The position numbers and the translations under genes were made by a program. This document shows, piece by piece, positions 38,916-49,103 of a stretch of 64,000 nucleotides of DNA. The stretch lies in IMG/VR virus record IMGVR_UViG_3300031344_000002, positions 1 to 64,000 of that record; one strand, given 5' to 3'. Below the pieces are notes generated by a model. That model had not been told where the DNA came from. It ran no database searches and saw nothing but the letters and a program-made list of their open reading frames with translations. Numbering within the stretch: position 1 is the first letter of the stretch; each line of letters opens with the position of its first letter.

Positions 38916-39731
38916 ATGGGATTTACAAAATACGGTATATGTTATAATGTTTTTGATGGTCAAGAATTACTTGAAGATTCAATACTTCAAATAAGAGATT
39001 TAGTTGATTATATTTCTGTAGTATATCAAACAGAATCATATTGGGGAAATAAGTGTTCGGAAAATTTATTAGAAATATTAAATAGATTAAAAAATGAAGG
39101 GTTAATTGATGAATTGGTTTTTTATGAGAATCAACAAACGCTTTCACCGCATTCAAATCAAATAATTAAAAGAAATTTAGGTATTAATTTATCAAGAAAA
39201 AAATATTGTACCCATCATATGTCAATGGATTGTGATGAATTTTATGTTGAAGAACAATTCGCTAAATTATTGGCATGGTATGACGAAAATCCAAATTTTG
39301 TTGGTTTTTCAGATTACAATGATTATTATAAATCTCCTTCGTATTTAATTGATAAACAACATGATACTATGGTTAGTTTATTTTTTCCAATAAAAGGAAA
39401 TAATGTTTCATTTATACAAGACTATCCTTCACCAGTGCTTGTTGACCCAACAAGAAGACCTAATTATGATAGGTATGTTATATTTCAACCAGATATTATA
39501 CAAATGCATCATATGACATTGGTTAGAAAGAACATTGACAGTAAGATAAGAAATGCAGCAAAAAGACTTAATTATAATAATGATGCTGCAATTCAAAAAC
39601 AAATTGATTTTTATAATAATTGGAATGAAGATAATTTAGTTGGTTTAAATGAATGGGGTGATTTAAAATTAAAAAAAATCGAGCCAATAATAATACTAAA
39701 TAATTTTAATAAAAATAATATAAAATTATGA
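38916..39731 (+). CDS. Glycosyltransferase-like protein (GT-A)
   Basis: MSMDCDEFY DxD motif; paralogous to the C-terminal half of 43002..44753. Confidence 0.65.
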   Translation: MGFTKYGICYNVFDGQELLEDSILQIRDLVDYISVVYQTESYWGNKCSENLLEILNRLKNEGLIDELVFYENQQTLSPHSNQIIKRNLGINLSRKKYCTHHMSMDCDEFYVEEQFAKLLAWYDENPNFVGFSDYNDYYKSPSYLIDKQHDTMVSLFFPIKGNNVSFIQDYPSPVLVDPTRRPNYDRYVIFQPDIIQMHHMTLVRKNIDSKIRNAAKRLNYNNDAAIQKQIDFYNNWNEDNLVGLNEWGDLKLKKIEPIIILNNFNKNNIKL

Positions 39732-40363
39732 ATCCGAATGAATTAGATATACTTGCATTAAAATATGGAACAGATAAGTCATCTGAGCATCATGATTATA
39801 CTAAATTTTATAATCAATTTTTTTATTCAAATAAAAATGAAGTAAAAAATGTTTTAGAAATTGGGGTTTTTCGTGGTAATTCATTGAGAATGTGGAGAGA
39901 TTATTTTATCAATGCTATGATTTATGGCATTGATATTGATATAAATTGTAAGTTTGAGGAAGAAAGAATTAAAGTATTGATTAATGACCAAATTAATACT
40001 AATATAATCAACTTATTACCAAATAATTTTGATGTTATTATTGATGATGGCGGACATCAATCAACACAACAAATTAAATCATTTGAAATATTATTTCCAA
40101 GTGTAAAATCTGGTGGCGTATATATTGTTGAAGATGCGTGTTGTTTATATTGGTCAGAATATAATATAGGTTCAAATCAAACAGCAATAGAATATTTTAA
40201 AACATTAGTTGACCACGTAAATTTTTTTGGTAGTGTAACAAATGGTTTATATCAAAGAAATCGAGAAATTATATTGAAAAATAAAGAAAATGTAAGTTTT
40301 TTTGAAAAAAATATTGATTATATTTTATTCACAAATAGTATAATTCTCATTAAGAAAATATAA
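39728..40363 (+). CDS. SAM-dependent methyltransferase (MycE/TylE-like sugar O-methyltransferase)
   Basis: KYGTDK...H.Y...Y, VLEIGV..G.SLRMW, GIDID, DVIIDDGGH, GGVYIVED. Confidence 0.8.
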   Translation: MNPNELDILALKYGTDKSSEHHDYTKFYNQFFYSNKNEVKNVLEIGVFRGNSLRMWRDYFINAMIYGIDIDINCKFEEERIKVLINDQINTNIINLLPNNFDVIIDDGGHQSTQQIKSFEILFPSVKSGGVYIVEDACCLYWSEYNIGSNQTAIEYFKTLVDHVNFFGSVTNGLYQRNREIILKNKENVSFFEKNIDYILFTNSIILIKKI

Positions 40364-40409
40364 ATTAATTAAACGAAAAAATAAGAAATAAACTAAAAAT
40401 TAATAAAAT

Positions 40410-41117
40410 ATGATAAATAGAGAAGATGTTCAAACATTTATATTCGTGCATGACCAAAACATTATTTTATCTTATGAAGAAGAAAAAATATTTAAGAACA
40501 TTGAATATACCTATGTGTTTTTAGGTACAGGTAAAACAGACATGTTATTTAATATTAAAAATATAATCTATGCCAAGGATTTACCATATAATTTAGAAAA
40601 TTATCCAAAAATGTGTTCATATTCTGGTTGGTATGTGTTATTTAAAAATAATTTAATTACCGCCAAATATGTTAATTTATTTGAATATGATATTATATTA
40701 TCTAATGATTTTATGGATAAATTAGTATTAAATATAGATGATAAAACAGATTATTATGGTTATATACAAATAGGACTTAATAGTTGTTTTTTATATAATG
40801 AAATCCAATTTGGAGAATTAAGTAAATATTATCCTAATCTTCAACTTAATATTATAAATAAAAGTAAAGAAAAAAATATTGATGTGTGGTGTGTAACAAG
40901 TAATGTTACAATGAAAAGGGAGTTTTTTTATAAATATATGTCAGATTCAGAAGATTTTTTTTATTGGGTTAAAGCAGCACCACGTGCTGGGCATGAATTA
41001 GAAAGATGTTTATCTGTATATCACATATTAAATAATGATATAATAAATGTCAAATATTTAGATAAGGAAAACGCATTAAAACATTATTATAAGAATTCAC
41101 ATAATATTAAATATTAA
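40410..41117 (+). CDS. Putative glycosyltransferase-like protein
   Basis: LFEYDII motif, GHELER; within the glycan cluster. Confidence 0.5.
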   Translation: MINREDVQTFIFVHDQNIILSYEEEKIFKNIEYTYVFLGTGKTDMLFNIKNIIYAKDLPYNLENYPKMCSYSGWYVLFKNNLITAKYVNLFEYDIILSNDFMDKLVLNIDDKTDYYGYIQIGLNSCFLYNEIQFGELSKYYPNLQLNIINKSKEKNIDVWCVTSNVTMKREFFYKYMSDSEDFFYWVKAAPRAGHELERCLSVYHILNNDIINVKYLDKENALKHYYKNSHNIKY

Positions 41118-41118
41118 A

Positions 41119-41655
41119 ATGAAATACATAAAAAATAGAAATGAAATGCTTGCACTACTTCCGAAAAAAATAGTGATTGCAGAATTAGGTGTTTTTAGAG
41201 GGGATTATAGTCAAATAATAATAGATATTATTCAGCCAAGTCATATTTATTTGGTGGATATTTTTAATGAAGGACCATCCTTTTCGGGAGATAAAGATGG
41301 TGAAAATGCAATTACGATACCAAATTTATTTGTTGAATATGAAAATTTAATAAAAAAATATAAAAAACAAAATAATGTGAGTATTATTAGAAATACTACA
41401 ACAGATTTTTTAACGAATATTAGTTCAGATATACTTCAAGCAGTTTATATAGATGCTGACCATACTTATAATGCAGTATATAATGATTTAATTAATAGTT
41501 ATAATAAAATAAAACAATATGGTTGGATAATGGGGCATGATTTTAACGGTATGGAAGTTCAACATGCTGTTAATAGATTTTGTGCTGAAAGAAATTTAGA
41601 AATTGAGTATCTTACTCAAGATAAATGTCCGAGTTATATGATAATAAAAAAATGA
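41119..41655 (+). CDS. SAM-dependent methyltransferase (Methyltransf_24-like)
   Basis: AELGVFRGD, YLVD, VYIDADHTY..V..D, G.IMGHDF. Confidence 0.85.
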   Translation: MKYIKNRNEMLALLPKKIVIAELGVFRGDYSQIIIDIIQPSHIYLVDIFNEGPSFSGDKDGENAITIPNLFVEYENLIKKYKKQNNVSIIRNTTTDFLTNISSDILQAVYIDADHTYNAVYNDLINSYNKIKQYGWIMGHDFNGMEVQHAVNRFCAERNLEIEYLTQDKCPSYMIIKK

Positions 41656-42287
41656 ATAAAAATATTTTTATAGAAATTGTTAGACCATATACAATGACAA
41701 GTGTCGAAAGAATTATTGCATTATTTGATTCTTTAGAATATATTAGAAAAAATAAAATTTCTGGTGATATTGTAGAATGCGGTGTATGGAAGGGAGGAAA
41801 TATTCTTGGAATAATAGAGTATTTAAATTATTATGAAATTTATGATAAAAATGTGTGGTTATATGACACATTTAATGGAATGACACAACCCGAAGAAATA
41901 GATATGGATTACTTCAATAGAAAGGCTATTGATATATTTCAATCAATACTATGTGTTTCATTAATTGATGAAGTTAAAAAGAATTTATCTATTTCGAAAT
42001 ATCCCAACGAAAAAATAAAATATATTATCGGGGATGTTGAAAAAACGTTAAATAATGAAATAAATTTACCAAATCAAATATCATTATTGAGATTAGATAC
42101 TGATTTTTATAAATCAACAAAAAAAGAATTAAATGTATTATTCCCAATATTATCCAAAAATGGTGTTTTAATTGTTGATGATTATGGTTATTGGCAAGGT
42201 TCTAAAAAAGCGGTTGATGAATACTTTAATGAATTTACATTAATTGAGCATATTGATGATACTGGAATAAAAATAATTAAAGAATGA
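41625..42287 (+). CDS. TylF/MycF-family sugar O-methyltransferase
   Basis: TMTS.ER, GDIVECGVWKGG, YDTFNGM, LLRLDTDFYKST, DDYGYWQG.KKAVDEY. True start is probably the internal MNKN. Confidence 0.9.
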   Translation: MSELYDNKKMNKNIFIEIVRPYTMTSVERIIALFDSLEYIRKNKISGDIVECGVWKGGNILGIIEYLNYYEIYDKNVWLYDTFNGMTQPEEIDMDYFNRKAIDIFQSILCVSLIDEVKKNLSISKYPNEKIKYIIGDVEKTLNNEINLPNQISLLRLDTDFYKSTKKELNVLFPILSKNGVLIVDDYGYWQGSKKAVDEYFNEFTLIEHIDDTGIKIIKE

Positions 42288-42955
42288 AAACATATTTAAT
42301 ATTTTTTTGCGATAAAAAATATGAAAAGAGAGAATCATATTTTTTAGTTGAATTAAAAAATATTGGTTTTGATAATATATTTTGTTATAGAAAAGAATGG
42401 TTATTAACTACTAATTTTTATGTAGAAAATAAAGAAATATTAGATATGCCAAGGGGGGCAGGATATTGGTTATGGAAACCATACATTATTATTGAAATGT
42501 TAAAGAAGATTGAAGAAGGTGATATTGTTTTTTATATGGATGCTGGTGATAGTATAAATAATTATAATATTATAAATATAATAAAAAACCATATGGTTGA
42601 TAATGATTATATGATTGCTGGTACATCTAAATGGGGATTGAATAAATATTGGACAAAAAAAGATTGTTTTGTTTTAATGGAATGTGATAATGAAATATAT
42701 CATAATGTTCCTCAAATTGAGGCAGGTACATTAGTTTTTAAAAAAACAAAAAAAAATGAAGATTTTTTAAATGAATGGTTATATTATTGTAAAAACAAAA
42801 GTATTTTAACTGATGTTTCAAATACTTTGGGTAATAATTATGATGGATTTAATGACCATAGGCATGACCAAAGTATTTTAACTAATTTAATAATAAAATA
42901 TAATATGAAACATAGTGATATATTATATTCATATATAAATTATAATAGTTATTAA
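42284..42955 (+). CDS. Putative glycosyltransferase (GT-A)
   Basis: GAGYWLWKPYII, FYMDAG, HRHDQSILT motifs. Confidence 0.7.
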   Translation: MKTYLIFFCDKKYEKRESYFLVELKNIGFDNIFCYRKEWLLTTNFYVENKEILDMPRGAGYWLWKPYIIIEMLKKIEEGDIVFYMDAGDSINNYNIINIIKNHMVDNDYMIAGTSKWGLNKYWTKKDCFVLMECDNEIYHNVPQIEAGTLVFKKTKKNEDFLNEWLYYCKNKSILTDVSNTLGNNYDGFNDHRHDQSILTNLIIKYNMKHSDILYSYINYNSY

Positions 42956-43001
42956 CTATAGAATTATAATAAGCATTATATTAAGGTAAAAAAAATTAGA
43001 A

Positions 43002-44753
43002 ATGAATAATGATATTACAAGACCCGATATTAGATTATCTAATGATGAACGTACTAAATTAAGGGGTGGTAATTCTCATAATATCCAAGATTCGAAAAAA
43101 ACATTAAAACCATTTATCCAATTACCTAATTGTCCATTGGAGTGTATTATCACACGACAAATTAAAGATAATCCTTTTGAAGCAGTAAGAACAATGATAT
43201 TATCTAAATATCAAAATCAATTTAAATATAATAACACATTAGTTATTTTAGGTTATAATATAGATTTTAATATTTTAGAATATCGAGAAAAATATCCAAA
43301 TTATAAAATCGTTATATATCAATTAGAACAACTTTATGATAATAAAAGTCAATGGTATGATATAAATAATAAAAATGGAGCAGTTGTTAATAGAACAAAA
43401 CACATACAAAAATCATTAAGCGAATGTGATGAAATTTGGGATTATGATTTAGATAATATTAATTTTTTAAAAGCAGAGGGATTTAATAATATAATACACG
43501 TTCCTTTGGAATATACAGAGGATTTAATTAAAATAAATAATATTATAAATCCAAAATATGAATTATTATTTTTAGGTTCTGTTAACGATAAGAGAGCAAA
43601 AATATTATCATTATTATGTGATAAATATAATATTTGTATACTTGCTCCAGAAGTTGATTGTAGTAAATATAAAAATTATAATTTTGGAAAATGTATGAAT
43701 CCTTCAGCATTTGGCGATGATTTATATGAATATGTTTTTAATTCAAAAATTATTATTAATTTACATTATTATGAATCTTGTTTACAAGAACAAGTTAGAC
43801 TTTTTGAATTATTAATAAATGGAAGAGTAATTGTATCAGAAAAATCTATAAGAAATTATTTTGGTAATTTAATATATGAATTTGATGATGAAAAAGATAT
43901 GTTTAAAAAAATTTATTTTTTATTGAAAAATAATATATGGAAAAATAATAGTATATCGAAAAAATTTAAAAATAAGGAATATAAAAGATTTAGAGTCGGT
44001 ATTGCGTATAATACCTTTTATGGTTTAGAATTGATTGAAAAATCAATAAAATCTATAAAAAACTATGCTGATTATATCATTATAGTTCACCAAAAAATTG
44101 GATTTAATGGAAGTCCTGAACCAGAAGAAAATAAACAAATTTTAAAGCATTTAATAGATAATAAATTGGTTGATGATGTTGTTTATTATGATAATAATGA
44201 TAATGATATAGAACGTGGGGTTTTAAATAAAAGGAATATTGGTTTAGATTATTGTAAAAAAAATGGTTGCACATTTATAATGCCAATGGATTCAGATGAG
44301 CGATATAATGTGAACGAATTAATTACTGAAATTAATTTCATGTACGATAATAATATAGATACATTATATTCTCCAATTTATTCGTATTATTATGATGAAA
44401 ATTATTATTTTAAAGATACATATTTTGTTGCGAGTGTATTTAAAATTGATAATAGAAGATTTGAAGTTATTAAATCTTCTGTATTAGTAGACCATGTTAG
44501 AAAAATGAATGAAGGTACATATAAAATATCTGAAATGTATATGCATCATTATACATATTTAAAAAATTCTTTTTCGATTAAAATAAATAATAGTGTAGCA
44601 TCAACAACAGATGATTCATATATAACTATTGGTATGAAAAAAATACGTGATTATTTAATGTCATGGTCAGAAGGTGATGAAGCACTTGTATTTATAAACG
44701 ATATAATAAATAATGGAATAATACTTACAAAAGTAAATTTATTAAAAAAATAA
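43002..44753 (+). CDS. Two-domain glycosyltransferase-like fusion
   Basis: N-terminal GT-B-like part (LLFLGSVN.KR, KIIINLH..E.VRLF.LL..G..IVSE); C-terminal MPMDSDERY domain. Confidence 0.7.
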   Translation: MNNDITRPDIRLSNDERTKLRGGNSHNIQDSKKTLKPFIQLPNCPLECIITRQIKDNPFEAVRTMILSKYQNQFKYNNTLVILGYNIDFNILEYREKYPNYKIVIYQLEQLYDNKSQWYDINNKNGAVVNRTKHIQKSLSECDEIWDYDLDNINFLKAEGFNNIIHVPLEYTEDLIKINNIINPKYELLFLGSVNDKRAKILSLLCDKYNICILAPEVDCSKYKNYNFGKCMNPSAFGDDLYEYVFNSKIIINLHYYESCLQEQVRLFELLINGRVIVSEKSIRNYFGNLIYEFDDEKDMFKKIYFLLKNNIWKNNSISKKFKNKEYKRFRVGIAYNTFYGLELIEKSIKSIKNYADYIIIVHQKIGFNGSPEPEENKQILKHLIDNKLVDDVVYYDNNDNDIERGVLNKRNIGLDYCKKNGCTFIMPMDSDERYNVNELITEINFMYDNNIDTLYSPIYSYYYDENYYFKDTYFVASVFKIDNRRFEVIKSSVLVDHVRKMNEGTYKISEMYMHHYTYLKNSFSIKINNSVASTTDDSYITIGMKKIRDYLMSWSEGDEALVFINDIINNGIILTKVNLLKK

Positions 44754-44815
44754 TGTAATTATTTTGATATTTATGAAAGAAATTAACTTTAAATTATAAT
44801 AAAATTTTAATTAAT

Positions 44816-46231
44816 ATGGTGGGTATATTAATAGTTAATTTAAATAATCTTGAATTAACAAAAAATTGTATTGATTCTTTAAAAAAACAAATAAATCAAG
44901 AATTTAGAATATATTTATTTGACCAAAATTCTAATGAACAAGGTACTTTTGAATATTTAAATGAATGTGAAAACAATAATATGTTTGTTTATAGAAATTC
45001 AGAAAATGTTCCACTTAATTATATTTGGAATAATTTTAAATATATTTGTGGTTATGAATATTTATGCTTTTTAAATAATGATATTGTGGTATCAAATACA
45101 TTTGTTGATGATATTATTAAAATATTTATTAACGAACCAACAGTTGGTGTAGTAATTCATGTAACAAATAATAATGATTATATAAAATCAAAAAATAATC
45201 TTGAATATGCAATATTTAATAATAATAATAATGTATTATATCAAGGATGGGATTTTGCGATTAGAAATAGTATAATTCCTGATATTCCAAAACAGTTAAC
45301 AATTTTTGGTGGGGATGATTATATTTTTGCTAAAATAAGTTCGCAGGGTTATAAAGTTGCGATGGCATTTAGTTCACCAATTATTCATTTTAAAGCAAAA
45401 ACTAGAGTAAAAATAATTAATATTGGTGAAATTCAAAGAAATGATGGAATTGCTTATGCAGAATTATTTAGAACTGAAAATCTTACATCACTATGTGCAA
45501 CCATTCATAATGGTATTTGCAGTGCAACACCAGAACCAAATATGAAATTAATACAAAATAAAAATTGTGTTTTTACTGCATTTATAGGGGATTATGATTT
45601 GCCATTATCAACCACGCATACAAAACTTCCTGATTGGGATTATATTTGTTTTACTGATAATAAAGAAATTAAATCAGATTTTTGGAGAGTAATATATATC
45701 GAAAATAATCATAATAATTTCCTTTATAATATTAAATTAGGGAAATATTTTAAAACAAATTTTTATAAATATTTATTGAGTTATGAAAATTTATTATGGT
45801 TGGATGAAAGAATTACTATTACCAATAATATAAATAATTATCTTAATTATCTTAATTATAAAGATATTGTTTTTTTAAAACATCCAGACACATTAAATAT
45901 TTTAGAGGAATTTGAGAGAGTTATTAACAGTAAGAGAGAATCTACCAAAATGGTTGATATTATTCGAAATCGTTATGCGGAATTAGGATATGATTATAGT
46001 AATGGTTTGATTTCATCTGGAGTTATTTTATTTAAAAATAATGAAAAAACAATAAAATTTTTTAAGGAATGGTGGAATGAAATCGAACATTACTCAAGTA
46101 GTGACCAATTATCTGCAAATTTTGTATTGTGGAAAAATCCTGAATTAAATTATGTTATGTTAAGTGGAATTTTAAATAATCAAGATTTTATGCGACAGCC
46201 AAGAACTACACAAGTATTTAAACATGAGTGA
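44816..46231 (+). CDS. GT2 plus DUF616-like glycosyltransferase fusion
   Basis: CFLNNDIVV, FGGDDY; second domain CVFTAFIGDYD, WDYICFTD, KHP, SSDQLS.NFVLW. Confidence 0.8.
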   Translation: MVGILIVNLNNLELTKNCIDSLKKQINQEFRIYLFDQNSNEQGTFEYLNECENNNMFVYRNSENVPLNYIWNNFKYICGYEYLCFLNNDIVVSNTFVDDIIKIFINEPTVGVVIHVTNNNDYIKSKNNLEYAIFNNNNNVLYQGWDFAIRNSIIPDIPKQLTIFGGDDYIFAKISSQGYKVAMAFSSPIIHFKAKTRVKIINIGEIQRNDGIAYAELFRTENLTSLCATIHNGICSATPEPNMKLIQNKNCVFTAFIGDYDLPLSTTHTKLPDWDYICFTDNKEIKSDFWRVIYIENNHNNFLYNIKLGKYFKTNFYKYLLSYENLLWLDERITITNNINNYLNYLNYKDIVFLKHPDTLNILEEFERVINSKRESTKMVDIIRNRYAELGYDYSNGLISSGVILFKNNEKTIKFFKEWWNEIEHYSSSDQLSANFVLWKNPELNYVMLSGILNNQDFMRQPRTTQVFKHE

Positions 46232-46958
46232 ATTATTTTATAAAAAGGAATTTGATTATTTTTTAAATAAAATAAAACTTAATCAACATTTTAAATATTC
46301 AAGATATAATGATGGTGAATTAATCGCAATAATTGGAAATTCTCCAAATTCTACCAATTGTGATGGTCATCAATATTTTCCTAAAATGTCTATTGAGTTA
46401 AGACAGACATTGCTGAGTTATAAATATAATGAAGATTATGTTTTAGAATCTTTTGATTATTGGTATAATTTATTACCACATGTCAAAAATATACTTAATG
46501 AATTAAAGCTAATAAATTCTGAACTTACCTTTTTACATACAGATTTTATTAGAATTGCTCATGAACAGAATCCTGAACAATTTATACAATTATTAGAAAC
46601 ATTAAAAACAAAAAAACTTATAATTGTCGGTCCTTTTTATCTTAAGGAATTATGTAGATTTTTTAATTTTACGTATGTTGAAGTATTATTAAAAAATTGT
46701 TATTTGGATAAGGATAATATTATTAAAGAAATTATAAAAATTAATAACTTATCCAATGATAATTATTATTTGTTTAGCGCAAGTATGCCAACAAAAGTTA
46801 TTATTGATGTATTTAAAGAAGATAATAAGAATACATATTTAGATTGGGGAAGTGTTTGGGACACATTTTTTATATCACCACAATATAGTTTTATTAGAAA
46901 ACGCTCAACATCAAACCATAATAAATATTTGGAAATATATAAAGATTATTTAATATAA
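46224..46958 (+). CDS. GT-D-fold-like protein
   Basis: YSRYNDGEL..I, IIVGP, LFSASMPTKV, YLDWGS..D pattern. Confidence 0.55.
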   Translation: MSELFYKKEFDYFLNKIKLNQHFKYSRYNDGELIAIIGNSPNSTNCDGHQYFPKMSIELRQTLLSYKYNEDYVLESFDYWYNLLPHVKNILNELKLINSELTFLHTDFIRIAHEQNPEQFIQLLETLKTKKLIIVGPFYLKELCRFFNFTYVEVLLKNCYLDKDNIIKEIIKINNLSNDNYYLFSASMPTKVIIDVFKEDNKNTYLDWGSVWDTFFISPQYSFIRKRSTSNHNKYLEIYKDYLI

Positions 46959-47003
46959 AAGACAATTATTTTACTAAAGTATTTATTATTAAAAAATTAG
47001 AAT

Positions 47004-47639
47004 ATGAAAATCGCTAATGTTATTTTTGAAAAAGAATTAGTAAATCATACAAAGGTTGATTATATAAATTATTATAATGAACCTATTATATATGATACAT
47101 TAGACAAAACTATACCAACATTATATGTGGGTTGGTCATTTATGAAAGCAAGCAATCCCGATAATCTTATAATTCAAAATGCGGATATTCTTAAAAAGAG
47201 AATTATAAGTAATGAACTATATTGGGAATGTAATTTTGAAGAAGGTAAGGCATCCCATGTTAAAGGAGTGGATTCTTTTGTAAATTTTGCTCCACAATTG
47301 TATTTTACACCAAAATATTCTTATGTTAACTTAGACCCAATTTTTTTCCAATTAAAAGATGTTCAAGACATCATGGATGTTCTTCCTAAAAACATTAAAG
47401 CAAGTTATAATTTCAGAAACGAAATGATATATTTATTATGTGATAATAATATATATGGTATAAATTTAAACATGTTTCAGTTTTTCCTATTTAATATAGA
47501 AGCGATTAAAAATAGTTTGTCATTAAGAACAATAACAACATATGATGATATTGATGGTAGCATATATCAATCATATTATAAATTATTTCCAAATTTTACT
47601 TTTCTTAAAAGATATCTTGTTGTGATATTGTCAAAATAG
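47004..47639 (+). CDS. Hypothetical protein
   Basis: Late motif at 46978. Confidence 0.75.
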   Translation: MKIANVIFEKELVNHTKVDYINYYNEPIIYDTLDKTIPTLYVGWSFMKASNPDNLIIQNADILKKRIISNELYWECNFEEGKASHVKGVDSFVNFAPQLYFTPKYSYVNLDPIFFQLKDVQDIMDVLPKNIKASYNFRNEMIYLLCDNNIYGINLNMFQFFLFNIEAIKNSLSLRTITTYDDIDGSIYQSYYKLFPNFTFLKRYLVVILSK

Positions 47640-47675
47640 ATATAACATAGTATTTATTATTAAAAAATAAATATT

Positions 47676-47861
47676 ATGGAAAATAAAATAGAAAAAGCAC
47701 TTGAAGATTTTGTTGAAACCCCTATAACTAATGAAGAATTAGAAAAGAAAGTAAAAAAAGATAAAGAAAAAATAATAAAATCTGATTTTACTATCATAGA
47801 ACGTGTTGATAAAATAATTATTGCTGAAAATGGAAAGCAACTTCTTCGTGAAGTATATTAA
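47676..47861 (+). CDS. Small hypothetical protein
   Basis: Late motif at 47649. Confidence 0.7.
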   Translation: MENKIEKALEDFVETPITNEELEKKVKKDKEKIIKSDFTIIERVDKIIIAENGKQLLREVY

Positions 47862-47876
47862 TAACATTCATATATT

Positions 47877-48629
47877 ATGAAGAAAATAGAAGAAAAAAAT
47901 CTTTCAGAAGAAATTCGAAAGATTAAATATCGTGTAGATTATAAAATCAACGAATCCCCTAAATATCATTCTTTAATTAGTAGTAATGAGGAATTTGATA
48001 CTGTCCCTGTATTAACTAATGAAGCTGGTGATGAAGAAAATGCAGAAAAACCGGGTGGCGGGGAACAACCTCCAGCACCCTCAAATGATAAACCTATTGG
48101 TGTAGATGCGCCAGTACCCGCTTTTGATAAAACTGGCGGTGATAGTGGTGAAATTCCTGCTGAACCTATGACTGGTGGTGAAACACCGGAAGAACCTATG
48201 ACGGGTGAAACTCCAGATACTATGGTGAATCCAATGGGTGCTCCTGAACCAGATAATCAAGTTAATGATGTTCAAAACGAAATTATAAAACATAATATTG
48301 AAGCCATGAAAAGTATTCATGACCAATTAGAAGGTTTGAATAATATTGTTCAAGGTTTAAATAGTAAATTAGAAACGCTTAATACTGATGTTGAGGAAGT
48401 TCGTGAACCTACGAATACTGAAAAACTTATGAGCAAAACTAATGTAAGTTATCCTTATTATTTTAATTTAAATGATTTTTGGTCGGGAAATTGGTTCAAT
48501 GAAAAACGTAATCAGGAAATGGAAAAAGGAATAAAAGAATTGCCTGATGGTACTTTTGTTGCAGATTTTGATGATTTACCACAAAAGTCTAAGACTGATG
48601 TGCAAGATAGTTTTAATAGTTTGATTTAA
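47877..48629 (+). CDS. Acidic Pro/Gly-rich coiled-coil protein (possible scaffold/internal head protein)
   Basis: EPMTGGETPEEPMTGETP low-complexity linker plus a heptad segment. Confidence 0.6.
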   Translation: MKKIEEKNLSEEIRKIKYRVDYKINESPKYHSLISSNEEFDTVPVLTNEAGDEENAEKPGGGEQPPAPSNDKPIGVDAPVPAFDKTGGDSGEIPAEPMTGGETPEEPMTGETPDTMVNPMGAPEPDNQVNDVQNEIIKHNIEAMKSIHDQLEGLNNIVQGLNSKLETLNTDVEEVREPTNTEKLMSKTNVSYPYYFNLNDFWSGNWFNEKRNQEMEKGIKELPDGTFVADFDDLPQKSKTDVQDSFNSLI

Positions 48630-48638
48630 TATAATATA

Positions 48639-49091
48639 ATGAGAGTTTTTCACCAATATGGCTCAAAGGATAGACTTTTTGAAATGATGCAGAAAGTTGG
48701 TCAAATGGGATTAAATGAAGCATTACTTCCTAAAGAAAAAAAAATAGAAGTAATTAATGACTTTGTAAAATTTGTTGGTAAAAAATTAAAATTTAGTAAA
48801 GAATTACCTGAAATTATATTATCAGATGATGAAAAAGAGGCGCAGACAATGCATTCTTTTGGAAAATTTACACCAGAGAAAAAAGAAATTAGAGTTGTTA
48901 TAGCTAATAGAAATTTAGCTGATATTTTGAGAACATTGGCACATGAATTAGTACATTATTGGCAATATTTAAAGGGAGAATTAAAAACAGATTCTAATAA
49001 TACTGGTAGTAAACATGAAAATGAAGCAAATGCACTTGCAGGTGCATTAATGAGAGAATTCGGTAAAATGAATTCAATAATTTTTGAGTGA
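48639..49091 (+). CDS. Zinc metallopeptidase-like protein (HExxH)
   Basis: LRTLAHELVHYWQ...ENEANALAG. Confidence 0.8.
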   Translation: MRVFHQYGSKDRLFEMMQKVGQMGLNEALLPKEKKIEVINDFVKFVGKKLKFSKELPEIILSDDEKEAQTMHSFGKFTPEKKEIRVVIANRNLADILRTLAHELVHYWQYLKGELKTDSNNTGSKHENEANALAGALMREFGKMNSIIFE

Positions 49092-49103
49092 AATATATAA
49101 AAT

